A DNA stretch of 64,000 nucleotides from Longimicrobiales bacterium (GTDB lineage: Bacteria > Gemmatimonadota > Gemmatimonadetes > Longimicrobiales > Gaopeijiaceae): assembly GCA_963664435.2 (NCBI GenBank), contig CAXXKM010000002.1, positions 448,001-512,000 of the forward strand, given 5' to 3'. This document shows positions 10,731 to 20,460 of this stretch, in pieces. Every line of letters starts with the position of its first letter. Position 1 is the first letter of the stretch. The notes beneath the pieces are model-generated. The model saw nothing but the letters and a program-made list of their open reading frames with translations, searched no databases and was not told the DNA's origin. The translations under genes and the position numbers were made by a program.

Positions 10731-12236
10731 ATGACCGACAGGCCGACCGACCAGCACCGACCCCACCGGACGCACCGGCCTGACGACTGCGCATGCCCCG
10801 GCCGCGGACCAGGGCGTGCGCTCAGGCTCCCGTTCCTCGCCGTTGCATTCGCCGGTCTCGCGTGCGCCGGTTCGGGGGATGAAGCCGGGGGAGGCAGCGC
10901 AGGCGGGACCGGAGCCGGAGCCGCCGCGGCCATCCCGGCCAGCGAGCTGGTCCGCACCGCCAACCCGTTCGCACGCGGCTACACCGAGGAGGACTTCCCG
11001 CGGCTGCGCGAGCTGGCCGACGGCGTGTACTCCTACGAGGCGCTGCGCTCGGCCGGGGACCAACGCTTCACCACCGTCAGCATGTTCGTGGTCACCGACG
11101 AGGGCGTGCTGGTGGCGGACGGCCAGGGCAACGTGGCGGAGACGCAGCGCCTGATCGACCACATCGCCTCGGTCACCGACCAGCCCATCACTCACGTGGT
11201 GATCTGCTCCGACCACGGCGACCACACCGCCGGCAACTCCGCCTTCCCCGCGGACGCGGAGTTCATCGCCCATCCCACCTCGGCGGGGGCGCTGGAGGCC
11301 ACAGCAGGCAATCCCGACCGGCCCGCCGGCGCACCGGCGGTGGTGCTGCCCACCCGCCTGGTCGACGAGCGCGAGGTGCTCGAGCTGGGCGGCCGGACCA
11401 TCGAGATCCTCTTCCTCGGACGGGCGCACACCGGCGGCGACCTCGTCGTCCATCTTCCCGAAGAGGACATCCTCTTCATGAGCGAGGCCTATCTGCACCG
11501 CGTCTTCCCCGCCATGCGCACCGCCTATCCCAGCGAATGGGTGGCGATGATCGAGCAGGCTCAGGCGATGGAGGTGGAGACCTATGTCCCGGGGCATGGC
11601 TTCGTCGATTCCCCCGAGGTCCTGCGGGAGGAGCTGGAGGTGTTCCGTCAGGCCGTGGTGCAGGTGATCGACGAAAGCCGTCGTCTGCACGGACAGGGGC
11701 TCAGCCTGGAGGAGGCGCAGACCAGCGCCGACTTTGGAGCGCTGGGCGACTGGTGGCTGTCGGAGAGCCAGGCTTCCCGCGCCATCCAGCAGGTGTACGC
11801 GGAGCTCGACGGCATGCTTCCGCCGATGGAAGGCGAGGGCGAAGAGGGCGGCGAGCACGGTGAGGGCGGCGAGCACGGCGAAGAGGGCGACCACGACGAA
11901 CAGGGCGAGGAATCGGGCGAATACATTGCCTCTGGTGAAACCTGGAACGAGACCCGGAGGGGCGCCCGCCTGATCCTCTCATTCGATCGAGCCCGGGGCG
12001 CTTTCGTCGGCGCCGTCGAGAACACGACGCAGCAGCCGATGTGCGCCGTGCGGGTCGAAGTTCATCTGTCCACCGGCACCGAACTGGGGCCGACCGCACG
12101 CACGGACCTTGCGGCTGGCACATCCATGGAAGTGGTGCTGTCGGCGGAGGGCGAACCCTTCGACGCCTGGACGGCCCATCCGGAGGTTTCGGCGTGCGCC
12201 GGCTCGTCGATCCAGCTTACCGCTCCGCTCAGATAG
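10731..12236 (+). CDS. Putative lipoprotein: metallo-beta-lactamase-fold hydrolase with an extra C-terminal domain
   Basis: Lipobox-like FAGLAC; SDHGDHTAGN, GRAHTGGD and VPGHG motifs; Glu/Gly/His-rich linker followed by a ~100-aa beta-rich domain. Confidence 0.75.
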   Translation: MTDRPTDQHRPHRTHRPDDCACPGRGPGRALRLPFLAVAFAGLACAGSGDEAGGGSAGGTGAGAAAAIPASELVRTANPFARGYTEEDFPRLRELADGVYSYEALRSAGDQRFTTVSMFVVTDEGVLVADGQGNVAETQRLIDHIASVTDQPITHVVICSDHGDHTAGNSAFPADAEFIAHPTSAGALEATAGNPDRPAGAPAVVLPTRLVDEREVLELGGRTIEILFLGRAHTGGDLVVHLPEEDILFMSEAYLHRVFPAMRTAYPSEWVAMIEQAQAMEVETYVPGHGFVDSPEVLREELEVFRQAVVQVIDESRRLHGQGLSLEEAQTSADFGALGDWWLSESQASRAIQQVYAELDGMLPPMEGEGEEGGEHGEGGEHGEEGDHDEQGEESGEYIASGETWNETRRGARLILSFDRARGAFVGAVENTTQQPMCAVRVEVHLSTGTELGPTARTDLAAGTSMEVVLSAEGEPFDAWTAHPEVSACAGSSIQLTAPLR

Positions 12237-12245
12237 TCTTCAAGT

Positions 12246-13481
12246 ATGAAGATAAGAGGGTCCGACCCGTGGGTATTCGTCGCCTGCTTCGCCGTGGTGA
12301 CCGGCGCGTGCGCCCGGGACGCGCCGCCGCGATCCTCCGCGGCCCTCGTCGTTGACAGTGCCGGGGTCGAGATTGTCACCAGTGACGCACTAGGCTCGGA
12401 ACGACTGTGCGCGCTGGCCGACCGGCCGACCCTGTCCCTGGGCACCGTCGAGGGCGACGAAGTTTCCATGCTCTTTTTCGTCCGGGGCGCAAACCGGCTC
12501 TCCGACGGGAGTCTGGCCGTCCTCGACAACGGCTCCGGAGAGATCCGAATCTTCAGCCGCGCGGGAACCCACCTGCGCTCCATGGGAAGGCACGGGGACG
12601 GCCCCGGCGAGTTTCGCATCGGCCGCTTCATATGGGTGCTTCCAGGGGACACGCTGTGGGTTGGCGACTACCGCCCGTGGCGCTACCACATCTACTCCGC
12701 TCGCGGGGCATTCATCCGCACCGTAACCCCCGATCCTGCATATCCGAACGCTTCGCGGGGCGGCGGAGTCCTCGCAAACGGTACCTCGGTGAACGTGCGA
12801 CGTCTCTTTTCCGGTCCGGGAGACGACTTCCGGCGGCCCGAGTCCTGGTCTGTCGACGCACATGACGTCGATGGCACGCTGATGCGAGAACTCGGCAGAC
12901 TCGATGGCGTCCGACTGGGCACCTGGGAGGGAGCGGGCGCCAGAATGTCCACGCTCTTCGACCCGGATCCGTCCATCGCCGCCGCCGGTGCGACGATCGC
13001 GATCGCCTCGGCGCGGGAGCCCGAAATCCAGATGCTGGATGGGGAATTCAGGCTGCGCCGAATCGTGCGCTGGTCGGATCCGAACCGGGAGGTGACCGCC
13101 GCCCACATACAGGCGTATCGAGATGCGGTGGTGGCAAGGCGTGGCGGACGCGGCAGCGAGGACTGGAGCGCCGCCGACGAGTCTGTAGTGAGCGACAGAC
13201 GCCCGGCGGCCGACCTGTTTCCCACCACGTCGGGGCTGATGCTTGGCCGCGATGGCCGCCTGTGGGTCAGACGATACCGCAGGCCCGGCGACGATGTCCG
13301 CTGGATGGCATTCGGTTCCGGCGGCGAGTTCCAGTGCCACCTCACTCTGGACGTGTCGCTGACCGTCTATGAGTTCGGCGCCGATTATCTGCTCGCCGTA
13401 CACAGCGATGAACTCGGAGTCGAGCGGGTCGTGGAGTATGAACTACACCCTTCGTCCGAGCTGATCGGCGCGCAGCCGTGA
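12246..13481 (+). CDS. 6-bladed beta-propeller lipoprotein
   Basis: Lipobox-like TGAC; DSAGVEIV, G..G.GPGEF and DELGVERV motifs. Confidence 0.7.
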   Translation: MKIRGSDPWVFVACFAVVTGACARDAPPRSSAALVVDSAGVEIVTSDALGSERLCALADRPTLSLGTVEGDEVSMLFFVRGANRLSDGSLAVLDNGSGEIRIFSRAGTHLRSMGRHGDGPGEFRIGRFIWVLPGDTLWVGDYRPWRYHIYSARGAFIRTVTPDPAYPNASRGGGVLANGTSVNVRRLFSGPGDDFRRPESWSVDAHDVDGTLMRELGRLDGVRLGTWEGAGARMSTLFDPDPSIAAAGATIAIASAREPEIQMLDGEFRLRRIVRWSDPNREVTAAHIQAYRDAVVARRGGRGSEDWSAADESVVSDRRPAADLFPTTSGLMLGRDGRLWVRRYRRPGDDVRWMAFGSGGEFQCHLTLDVSLTVYEFGADYLLAVHSDELGVERVVEYELHPSSELIGAQP

Positions 13482-13571
13482 CTGCGAGTTCCGGCGCATC
13501 CATCGTGGCCCCCTCTCGCTCTTGAGCCGTCTCTCCGCGGCTGTACAATTCGTAACGCTCCGGCTTGCTCC

Positions 13572-15857
13572 ATGTCCCCTGAAACAGGGTTGAGACCGAT
13601 GTCCACTCGCTCTTCCATGTCCCGCCGACTCGCCGTCGGCCTGCTTCCCATACTCATCGCGCTCGCGGCGACACCCGCGCAGGAAGCTCCGACCATGCTG
13701 GGCTTCAGCCCCGCTTCCGCAGCAACCCAGCGCGGTCTCGAGTCCCGCTTCGACACGCATATCAGCGCGGGCGACATCGAGGAGTGGATGCGCTACCTGG
13801 TGGAGAAGCCCATCTACACCGGTTCGCCCCACAACATCGAGACCGCGCACTGGCTGGTGGAGCAATTCGAGTCATGGGGCTTCGAGGCGCGGCTGGACGA
13901 GTATCACGTGCTCTATCCCACGCCGCGCATCCGGGAGCTGGAGCTGCTCGAGCCGACCCGCTACACGGCCCAGCTGCGCGAGCCCGCGCTGGAAGAGGAC
14001 GCTTCATCGCGGATCGAGGAGGACCGGCTCCCGCCCTTCAACGCCTACTCGGCGGACGGCGATGTCACCGGCGAGCTCGTCTACGTCAACTACGGCATCC
14101 CGGCGGACTATGAGGAGCTCGAACGCCGCGGCATCAGCGTCGAAGGCAGGATCGTGATCGCGCGGTACGGGGGATCGTGGCGCGGCATCAAGCCCAAGGT
14201 CGCCGCCGAGCACGGCGCCATCGGCACCATCCTCTACTCCGATCCGCGGGACGATGGCTACTTCCAGGGTGATGTCTATCCGGAGGGCCCGTACCGGATG
14301 GAGCACGGGGTACAGCGCGGCGCGGTGCAGGACATGCCGCGCTATCCCGGGGACCCGCTGACGCCGTTCGAGGGAGCCACCGCCGAGGCCGAGCGCTACA
14401 CGGTGGAGGACGCCCCGACGATCATGAAGATCCCGGTGCTGCCCATCTCCTACGCCGATGCTCTGCCGCTGCTGCGCGCGATGGAAGGTCCGGTGGCGCC
14501 GGCGGCGTGGCGCGGGGCGTTGCCGATCACCTACCACATCGGGCCGGGACCGGCGCGCGTGCGCCTGCACGTCGAGTTCAACTGGGACATCACGCCCGCC
14601 TACAACGTGGTCGCGGTCATGCCCGGCTCCGAGCAGCCCGACCAGTGGGTCATCCGCGGGAACCATCGCGACGGATGGGCGATGGGCGCGGCTGACCCCA
14701 TCTCCGGGCTGGTGGCGCTGATGGCCGAGGCGCGCGCGGTCGGCGAGCTGGCCCGGGCCGGGTCGCCGCCGAAGCGCACTGTCGTGTATGCCGGGTGGGA
14801 CGCGGAGGAGCCGGGCCTGCTCGGGTCCACCGAGTGGGCGGAGCACCACCGCGACGAGCTGCACGAGAAGGCGGTCATCTACATCAACACCGACGGCAAC
14901 GGGCGCGGCTTCCTGTCGGCGGGCGGGTCGCACACTCTCGAGCGCTTCGTGAACGAGGTGGCGAAGGAGGTCACCGATCCCCAGACCGGCGTCTCCGTGT
15001 GGGAGCGGGTGCAGGCCCGGCGGGCGGTGCAGGGCGACCCCAGCGCCCAGCGCGACGGCGACCTGTGGATCGCGCCGCTCGGGTCGGGATCGGACTACAC
15101 GCCCTTCCTCCAGCACCTCGGCATCGCCTCGCTGAACATCAGCTTCGGAGGCGAGAACGGGGGCGGATCCTACCACTCGCAGTACGACACCTTCGAGCAC
15201 TACACCCGTTTCGGCGATCCCGGCTTCCAGTACGGCGTGGCGCTGGCGCAGGTCGCGGGACGGCTCACCCTCCGCTTCGCCAACGCCGACGTCCTGCCCC
15301 TGCGGGCCGCGAACTTCGCCGAGACCGTCGACCGTTATCTGGACGAAGTGCGCGATCTCGCCGACGAACTGCGCGCGGAGACCGAGCGCTACAACCGCCT
15401 TGTGGAGATGGACGCCTTCCGGCTGCAGGCCGATCCGACCCGGACCTACATCCCCCCTTCGATGCACGATGAGGTCCCGTTCTTCAACTTCGCGCCGGTG
15501 CAGAACGCGCTGGGCGAGCTGGAGGGCGCGGCGGAGGCGCTGGACCGGACGCTGGCCGGTGCGCTCGCAGGGGGATCGCTGTCGGCGGGCCGCGCGGCCG
15601 AAATCGACGCTCTTCTGCTCAAAGTCGAGCAGGCGATGACCGACACCGACGGGCTCCCCGGGCGCCCCTGGTTCCGCCACACCATCTACGCGCCCGGCTT
15701 CTACACCGGGTACGGCGTGAAGACGCTGCCGGGCATCCGCGAGGCCATCGAGCAGCGGGAGTGGGAACTGGTCGAGCCGCAGATGGAACGGCTCGCGCGA
15801 GCGCTGGAGCGGGTGGCGGAGCTGCTGCGCCAGGCTGCGGGAGGGACGGTGTCGTAG
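13572..15857 (+). CDS. M28 peptidase, glutamate carboxypeptidase II/transferrin-receptor-like (start may be slightly downstream)
   Basis: PA domain (YVNYG, RGIK), GNHRDGW, GAADP.SG, WDAEE, GSGSDY and C-terminal GLPGRPWFRH. Confidence 0.92.
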   Translation: MSPETGLRPMSTRSSMSRRLAVGLLPILIALAATPAQEAPTMLGFSPASAATQRGLESRFDTHISAGDIEEWMRYLVEKPIYTGSPHNIETAHWLVEQFESWGFEARLDEYHVLYPTPRIRELELLEPTRYTAQLREPALEEDASSRIEEDRLPPFNAYSADGDVTGELVYVNYGIPADYEELERRGISVEGRIVIARYGGSWRGIKPKVAAEHGAIGTILYSDPRDDGYFQGDVYPEGPYRMEHGVQRGAVQDMPRYPGDPLTPFEGATAEAERYTVEDAPTIMKIPVLPISYADALPLLRAMEGPVAPAAWRGALPITYHIGPGPARVRLHVEFNWDITPAYNVVAVMPGSEQPDQWVIRGNHRDGWAMGAADPISGLVALMAEARAVGELARAGSPPKRTVVYAGWDAEEPGLLGSTEWAEHHRDELHEKAVIYINTDGNGRGFLSAGGSHTLERFVNEVAKEVTDPQTGVSVWERVQARRAVQGDPSAQRDGDLWIAPLGSGSDYTPFLQHLGIASLNISFGGENGGGSYHSQYDTFEHYTRFGDPGFQYGVALAQVAGRLTLRFANADVLPLRAANFAETVDRYLDEVRDLADELRAETERYNRLVEMDAFRLQADPTRTYIPPSMHDEVPFFNFAPVQNALGELEGAAEALDRTLAGALAGGSLSAGRAAEIDALLLKVEQAMTDTDGLPGRPWFRHTIYAPGFYTGYGVKTLPGIREAIEQREWELVEPQMERLARALERVAELLRQAAGGTVS

Positions 15858-15874
15858 GGAATGGAGTACCCACT

Positions 15875-15888
15875 ACCGGTAGTAAGGA
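15875..15888 (+). repeat. Putative attL core
   Basis: ACCGGTAGTAAGGA, overlapping the palindrome ACTACCGGTAGT (15872-15883), 17 bp after the peptidase stop. Confidence 0.7.
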
Positions 15889-15941
15889 ACTCCCGATTCG
15901 TGTTCTTGTTGCGAGCGTTTGACTTACGGGATTTCTAGATC

Positions 15942-15967
15942 CGATTCCCGCTGTTCGATTCCCGCTG
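15942..15967 (+). repeat. Tandem putative integrase arm-binding sites (CGATTCCCGCTG x2)
   Basis: Exact 12-bp direct repeats at 15942-15953 and 15956-15967. A related copy is at 29553-29565. Confidence 0.65.
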
Positions 15968-15973
15968 ATCGGA

Positions 15974-17140
15974 TCAGGCGCCAACCGTGCGGGGACGGCT
16001 GTCCAGAGCCGTCCGGAGTTGTACCTCGTCGGTGTGCTGATAGCACCGCAGGACGGTTCGGGCTTCCTTCCAGCCGCCGAGATCGCAAAGCACCTTGAGC
16101 GGCAGGTCCATCAAGTCGGACGCGAACTTCCGCCTGAGCGAGTGCCAGCCTCTCCCGCGCTTGGGCTCCAACCCGGCCCGCCGCTCGGCGGTCTTCCACC
16201 AAGTGCTCACCCGCGAGCGGCTCACGCATGTCGACGGATCCCGCGGCGCGGGCAGAACCGGCGCGTCTCCGGCTCCGCGAGCATGCCTCCGCGCCTCCTC
16301 CAAGGCAGTGATCGTCTCGTTGGTCACGGGCGTCCAGTGCTCGTATCCGGTCTTCTCGTGCTCGGCCCGCCAAAGAATGGTCCTGCCCTCGAATTTGATG
16401 TCGGACCACCGCAGCTTCCGGATGGCACCGATCCGGTGCCCGGTCTCGTGGGCGAGCACGAGCGCCACGTGGAAGCGCCAACCCACCTGCTTGGACACCT
16501 TCAGGAGTGCCTCGTATTCCTCGTCGGAAAGCACGACCCGGGTGGGGTTCTTCATCTTCGGCCTCCCGAGACCCTTCAGCGGGTTGAATCCGATGAGCAA
16601 ACTTCCGTGCTCATCTCTCGACTTGGCGGCCCAGTTGAGGATCGCGATCAGGATCTTCAGGTCGAGTGCGATGGTGCTGTCGGATGCGGGCTTGCCACTC
16701 GGTCCGATCCTGCCCGCGCGCCGCTCCCGGATGAACCGGTCCCAGTCGCGCCGGGAAAGCGTCTCGGGCCTTCGGTCGCGCCCGAGGAAGTCGAGGAACA
16801 TCCGCATCACGGCCCGGTTCTGGCGCTGGGTCCGCCTCTGCTTCGTCGGGACCACCTCCTCACCGTAGATTTCAAAAAGCTTTTCCAGGGTGAGTGGCTC
16901 GGACGCGGCTTCGGCCTTGCTGTTGGGCTCGTGAACCGCTAACCCCGCAGCGGCCTCGTCGGCCTGCCGCTTTGCCCGCGACCAGTCGCGGTGCTTGAGG
17001 GACCGGGTGAGCCTGCGCCCGTTCTCTCGCCACTCGATCTGGTAAAGGCCGGTCTTCGGGTCGGGGAAGATCCTCACCCGGTTGCGGCCCCACTCGCCGG
17101 CGCTGTAACTCCGCCGGCCACGTTTAGTGCGTGCCATCAT
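15974..17140 (-). CDS. Tyrosine recombinase/integrase
   Basis: Catalytic set ETGHR, HEKTG, HSLRR, LGGW, RCYQ. GGAGG RBS before ATG ATG. Confidence 0.92.
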   Translation of the reverse strand: MMARTKRGRRSYSAGEWGRNRVRIFPDPKTGLYQIEWRENGRRLTRSLKHRDWSRAKRQADEAAAGLAVHEPNSKAEAASEPLTLEKLFEIYGEEVVPTKQRRTQRQNRAVMRMFLDFLGRDRRPETLSRRDWDRFIRERRAGRIGPSGKPASDSTIALDLKILIAILNWAAKSRDEHGSLLIGFNPLKGLGRPKMKNPTRVVLSDEEYEALLKVSKQVGWRFHVALVLAHETGHRIGAIRKLRWSDIKFEGRTILWRAEHEKTGYEHWTPVTNETITALEEARRHARGAGDAPVLPAPRDPSTCVSRSRVSTWWKTAERRAGLEPKRGRGWHSLRRKFASDLMDLPLKVLCDLGGWKEARTVLRCYQHTDEVQLRTALDSRPRTVGA

Positions 17141-17232
17141 TCGATTCCTCCGATGATGGACCGCACGATCTGCGCGTCCGAAACCTCGCGGAGGGGCGTT
17201 GCCCGCGCCAGATCGAGCCCTGCCCGTAGCCA

Positions 17233-18828
17233 TCAGCGGCTCGGACCGTGATCGCGACCGCGGCTCCGCCCGCGCTGGCTCAGCGCTGCTATCATCATCA
17301 CAAGGTCGCGGCGAGCGTGCCGTACGACTCGGCTAAGCGTGTAACTTGCTCGTCCAGCCACTCGATTCGCCTTTGCAAGGCTGCGTTCTCCCCGCTCTGC
17401 CTCTCGACGTGCTGCCGCAAGGCGTCGTTCTCCTCGCTTTGCCGCTCGACGCGCCCGCGCAAGGCTTCGACGTGCTGCCTCAAGCCGTCGACCTGCCCGG
17501 AGTGCCGCCGCTGCTCCGTCTCGTACTGCGCGGACAATCTCTTCAAAGCCTCCGTCAACTGCCGTTCCAACTCGCTCATACAGTTCCCTCACTCTCTCGA
17601 CAGCTTCAACGCCCGACGATCCCCGTCCACCCACCACCAGGGCGGATCGGCCAGCACCTCGTCCGGCACCACCACGAACCGCTCGCCCTTGATCTCGCGG
17701 AACACGAGCCCCCAGGTGTCCTCCTCCATTTGGGCCAGTGTCCGCCGGGCGTCCTCGATGTCCCGGCCCAGTTCGGCGCGGGTCTCGATCCGGTCCTGGA
17801 TGCTCATCGACAGCCAGCGCATCGTCGCCCAGCTTCCGCCGAAGAAACCGATCCAAAGGCTCAGGCCTACGATCAGGGGCCGTTGCCACGCCTTGACCAG
17901 CAGCTGGCGCATCCTCCCGGCCGCCTCCTCCGTATCGCGCTCGATGGAACGCAGCGCGTTCCTCGCGGCGCGCCGCGAGTTCTCGCCGAGCCTTTCGAGC
18001 TCGCTCGCGGTCAACTCCTCGACCTCCCGTCTCTCGCTCTCCAGCCTCCTCCGCAGCCGCTCGGTCAAATCGTTCGCGGTCGAAGTTCTCTCCATACAGT
18101 TCTCCTTTCAGCCGCCACCGGTCGCCGGTCTCGGGATCCAGCGCGGTCAGGTAGTCCTTGCCTTGGCGCGGCACTTCTAGGCCCGCCTCCCGAAGGGCGG
18201 CGACGACATCGGCCCGGTTCCGCGCCGTGCCGTGCTCGACGCGCTGGAGCAGGTAGTCCCGGATCAGGTCGCGAGGGGAGGCTTCGAGCCGGAGCCCGGC
18301 CCGCAGTCGGGTCGCTTCGATGTAGGCGCGGTGGCCGGGTTGCTGCACCCTGGCCCGCGCCGGATCGTCCGGGCGAGCCCAGCCGTGTTCGTGGTTGAAG
18401 GCGTCCCGGAGCGGGCCGAAGGTCTTCTCCCAGCCCGGCGGGGCAATGTTGAGGCTCCGGCCGGTCTCCAGGTCGCACCGCGCGGCGAGGACGTGGACGT
18501 GCGCGCCGCCGCCGCGCTCGCGGTGCAGCACGGCGGTCCAAGCGTATCGGTCGGGCTCCAGTCCCGCCCAGGCCGTGTCCTCGAAGGCGTCCACGACCGC
18601 CTCGATCTCGGCGTCGGTCGGTTCGTCCTCCGGCGCCCATGCGATCACGCCGGACGTGTACCTGTGCTCGAACGCCAGCGTGTCGGCGACGGCGGCCACC
18701 TGGTTCGGATCGCCCCGAAGGACCTCGACGCCCTCGCGCGGCTTCCCGGCGGCGTCCCGCTCGCCGAGGAGGTAGCCAGCCGCCTTGCCGGCCGATCCGG
18801 TCCCGTGCGCCAGAAACTTAATCAGCAT
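17233..18828 (-). CDS. mobA: ColE1-type relaxase (MbeA/MobA-like)
   Basis: MLIKFLAHGTGS..A..YLLG, VLRGDP, YTSGV, VLHRE....HVH, DLETGRSLN and RLKG.LY motifs. Confidence 0.88.
   Translation of the reverse strand: MLIKFLAHGTGSAGKAAGYLLGERDAAGKPREGVEVLRGDPNQVAAVADTLAFEHRYTSGVIAWAPEDEPTDAEIEAVVDAFEDTAWAGLEPDRYAWTAVLHRERGGGAHVHVLAARCDLETGRSLNIAPPGWEKTFGPLRDAFNHEHGWARPDDPARARVQQPGHRAYIEATRLRAGLRLEASPRDLIRDYLLQRVEHGTARNRADVVAALREAGLEVPRQGKDYLTALDPETGDRWRLKGELYGENFDRERFDRAAAEEAGERETGGRGVDRERARKARRELAARREERAAFHRARYGGGGREDAPAAGQGVATAPDRRPEPLDRFLRRKLGDDALAVDEHPGPDRDPRRTGPGHRGRPADTGPNGGGHLGARVPRDQGRAVRGGAGRGAGRSALVVGGRGSSGVEAVERVRELYERVGTAVDGGFEEIVRAVRDGAAAALRAGRRLEAARRSLARARRAAKRGERRLAAARREAERGERSLAKANRVAGRASYTLSRVVRHARRDLVMMIAALSQRGRSRGRDHGPSR
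17298..17579 (-). CDS. mbeD: MbeD/MobD-like protein nested in the relaxase gene (alternative frame)
   Basis: MSELERQLTEALKRL resembles the MbeD N-terminus; coiled coil; ColE1-like nested position. Confidence 0.7.
   Translation of the reverse strand: MSELERQLTEALKRLSAQYETEQRRHSGQVDGLRQHVEALRGRVERQSEENDALRQHVERQSGENAALQRRIEWLDEQVTRLAESYGTLAATL
17589..18095 (-). CDS. mbeB: MbeB-like mobilization protein nested in the relaxase gene (alternative frame)
   Basis: Coiled coil, central TM segment and C-terminal TWG.......GERFVVVP; ColE1-like nested position. Confidence 0.7.
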   Translation of the reverse strand: MERTSTANDLTERLRRRLESERREVEELTASELERLGENSRRAARNALRSIERDTEEAAGRMRQLLVKAWQRPLIVGLSLWIGFFGGSWATMRWLSMSIQDRIETRAELGRDIEDARRTLAQMEEDTWGLVFREIKGERFVVVPDEVLADPPWWWVDGDRRALKLSRE

Positions 18829-19155
18829 CGGAATCCGGGCCTTCGGCGGGGGACAGTGCCGCGAGCGCCCGCCTGATGGCGACGAGGTGGCCGATCACCT
18901 CGACCGCCTCGATGGCCCCCCGGTGGGTGTTCGCCACCGGGCGATCTGGTTGACGTTGTTCCCGATCCGCGCCACTTGCTGGACGCGCTCGCGCTCGACC
19001 TCGGCGTGCGCCACGGTCCACGTGCGCGTCCGGCCCACCGACCGGCGCACCAGATCCGACAGCGTGAGGCCCGCGGCGCGCGCCTTGGCGTGCCACTCGG
19101 CACGCTCCGCCTCGCTGGCGCGAACCTTCACCCAAACGGCGCGTCCGGCGCTCAT
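18818..19155 (-). pseudogene. mobC: MobC/MbeC relaxosome protein with a 1-bp frameshift near 18934
   Basis: RHH-like N-terminus and ARIGNNVNQIARW. The expected continuation ANTH...EVIGHLVAI is in another frame (one G missing from TGG GCG). The stop overlaps the relaxase start. Confidence 0.82.
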
Positions 19156-19174
19156 GGCGCGCCGTTTCCGTTGC

Positions 19175-19260
19175 GGGGGTCTGAGGGGGCAAGGCCCCCC
19201 GCCAGCCTCTCCTGGGGACACGCGAAGTGTGGCCACGGAGAGTATGCTGGCTTGTCCTCC
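19175..19260 (+). promoter_or_regulatory. ColE1-like oriT, predicted nic between 19250 and 19251
   Basis: GGAGAGTATGCTGG^CTTG resembles ColE1 GGAGTGTATACTGG^CTTA. Preceded by a GGGGGC-AAG-GCCCCC hairpin, directly upstream of mobC. Confidence 0.75.
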
Positions 19261-19969
19261 TTAGCGGCGTCCAACGACCCCGTGGGCGACGTGTCCGAGA
19301 CCCGGCGGAGACCGCCGCCAATGCGGTGGCGGCGCACCACCGCACGCGCTCCGGGGAACCCGTTCAGACGGGCCTTGCCAAGCGCGGCCAACGGTGGGAT
19401 GGTGGCCAGCAATACCGCGCCATCCATGTACCCCCGAAGCCAAAGCGGCGACCGATCCCGCCAGTGTCCCTGGCGTGGGGCGCTGGCACCGGTTCCGCAG
19501 TGGGGTGTATCAACCTGACTACGTGCGTCTTCTCCGGTGTTTCGCCTCGTTTGCTCGTGCTGCCCTCCACGCTTCGGTGACCCGAAAGGCGACATACTAC
19601 GGAGTTCATCCGCGATTGGTTTCAATCCAATCGGCGGCGACGAAGGACCCCGAAGCCGAGCCGCGTCCACCTTCGGGGCTTCGGGGACGGGGCCATCGCC
19701 AAGGTCCGGGCCGGACGCCTTCATCACCAATGCCGTCGGGGACGGCGCGTCGGTGTCCACGAGGGAAGTGCCGACCCGCGTGCTGAACAGGTACTTCTGC
19801 GTCTCCATACCTGGAACGCTGAAGAGCCGCTCGCCGGCAAGTCAACCCGTCGAAAACCTCCTATTGGCCGATAACGTCCGGGGATGTCCGATAACGTAAA
19901 GTAGCCGGCGCCGGTCGTCGCCAACGGGGCGGAAAAACGCCCCCGTAACGCCGCCCGCGCTCCTCCGTC

Positions 19970-20460
19970 CGTCGCTTCGTATGCCAGCCGGAACGCGGTG
20001 TCCGCCAGCCACCGCCGGAAGTCCGGGTTGTCGGCGAAGAGCTTGAAGAGTTGCGTGTTGTCCCGCACCATCCCCAGCACCGCCCGCTCCGTCGCCTTGT
20101 CGGACTCGACGCGGGCGTTTTCCTGGTCGGAGTTCTGCCGGGCGTTCTCGAACCGGGCGACCTTCGCCACCGAGGCCGGAATGTCCTGCGTGGCCGTCCG
20201 GATGACCCTGTCGGGATCCCCCCACTCGATTCCGCCGAACCGATCGTTGAACTCCTCGATGATCGCCAACAGACGGCCCGTCTCGCTCTCGCCCTTGCCT
20301 CCGCCCTCGCCCGTCCTGACCGGATTGATCTCCGCGTCGTCGTCATTGAGGATGATCCTCCGCATCCGGTGCGTCTCGACGCGGTAGCTTTCCATTCGAT
20401 CCTCTCGGGGATGCGCTTCGACAGATCGGGCTCCTCAGGCCGGCGGAGGAGCTGGAACCG
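19970..20460 (-). pseudogene. hsdR: C-terminal remnant of a type I restriction endonuclease R subunit
   Basis: PEEPDLSKRI / MESYR (frameshift near 20396), IIEEFNDRFGGIEW, NSDQENARVE, QLFKLFADNPDFRRWL. No N-terminal part and no hsdM/hsdS. Confidence 0.75.

Noticed and set aside
19152..19808. 218-aa ORF upstream of oriT
   Set aside because: No recognisable motif, and it runs through oriT. Cannot be supported as a gene.
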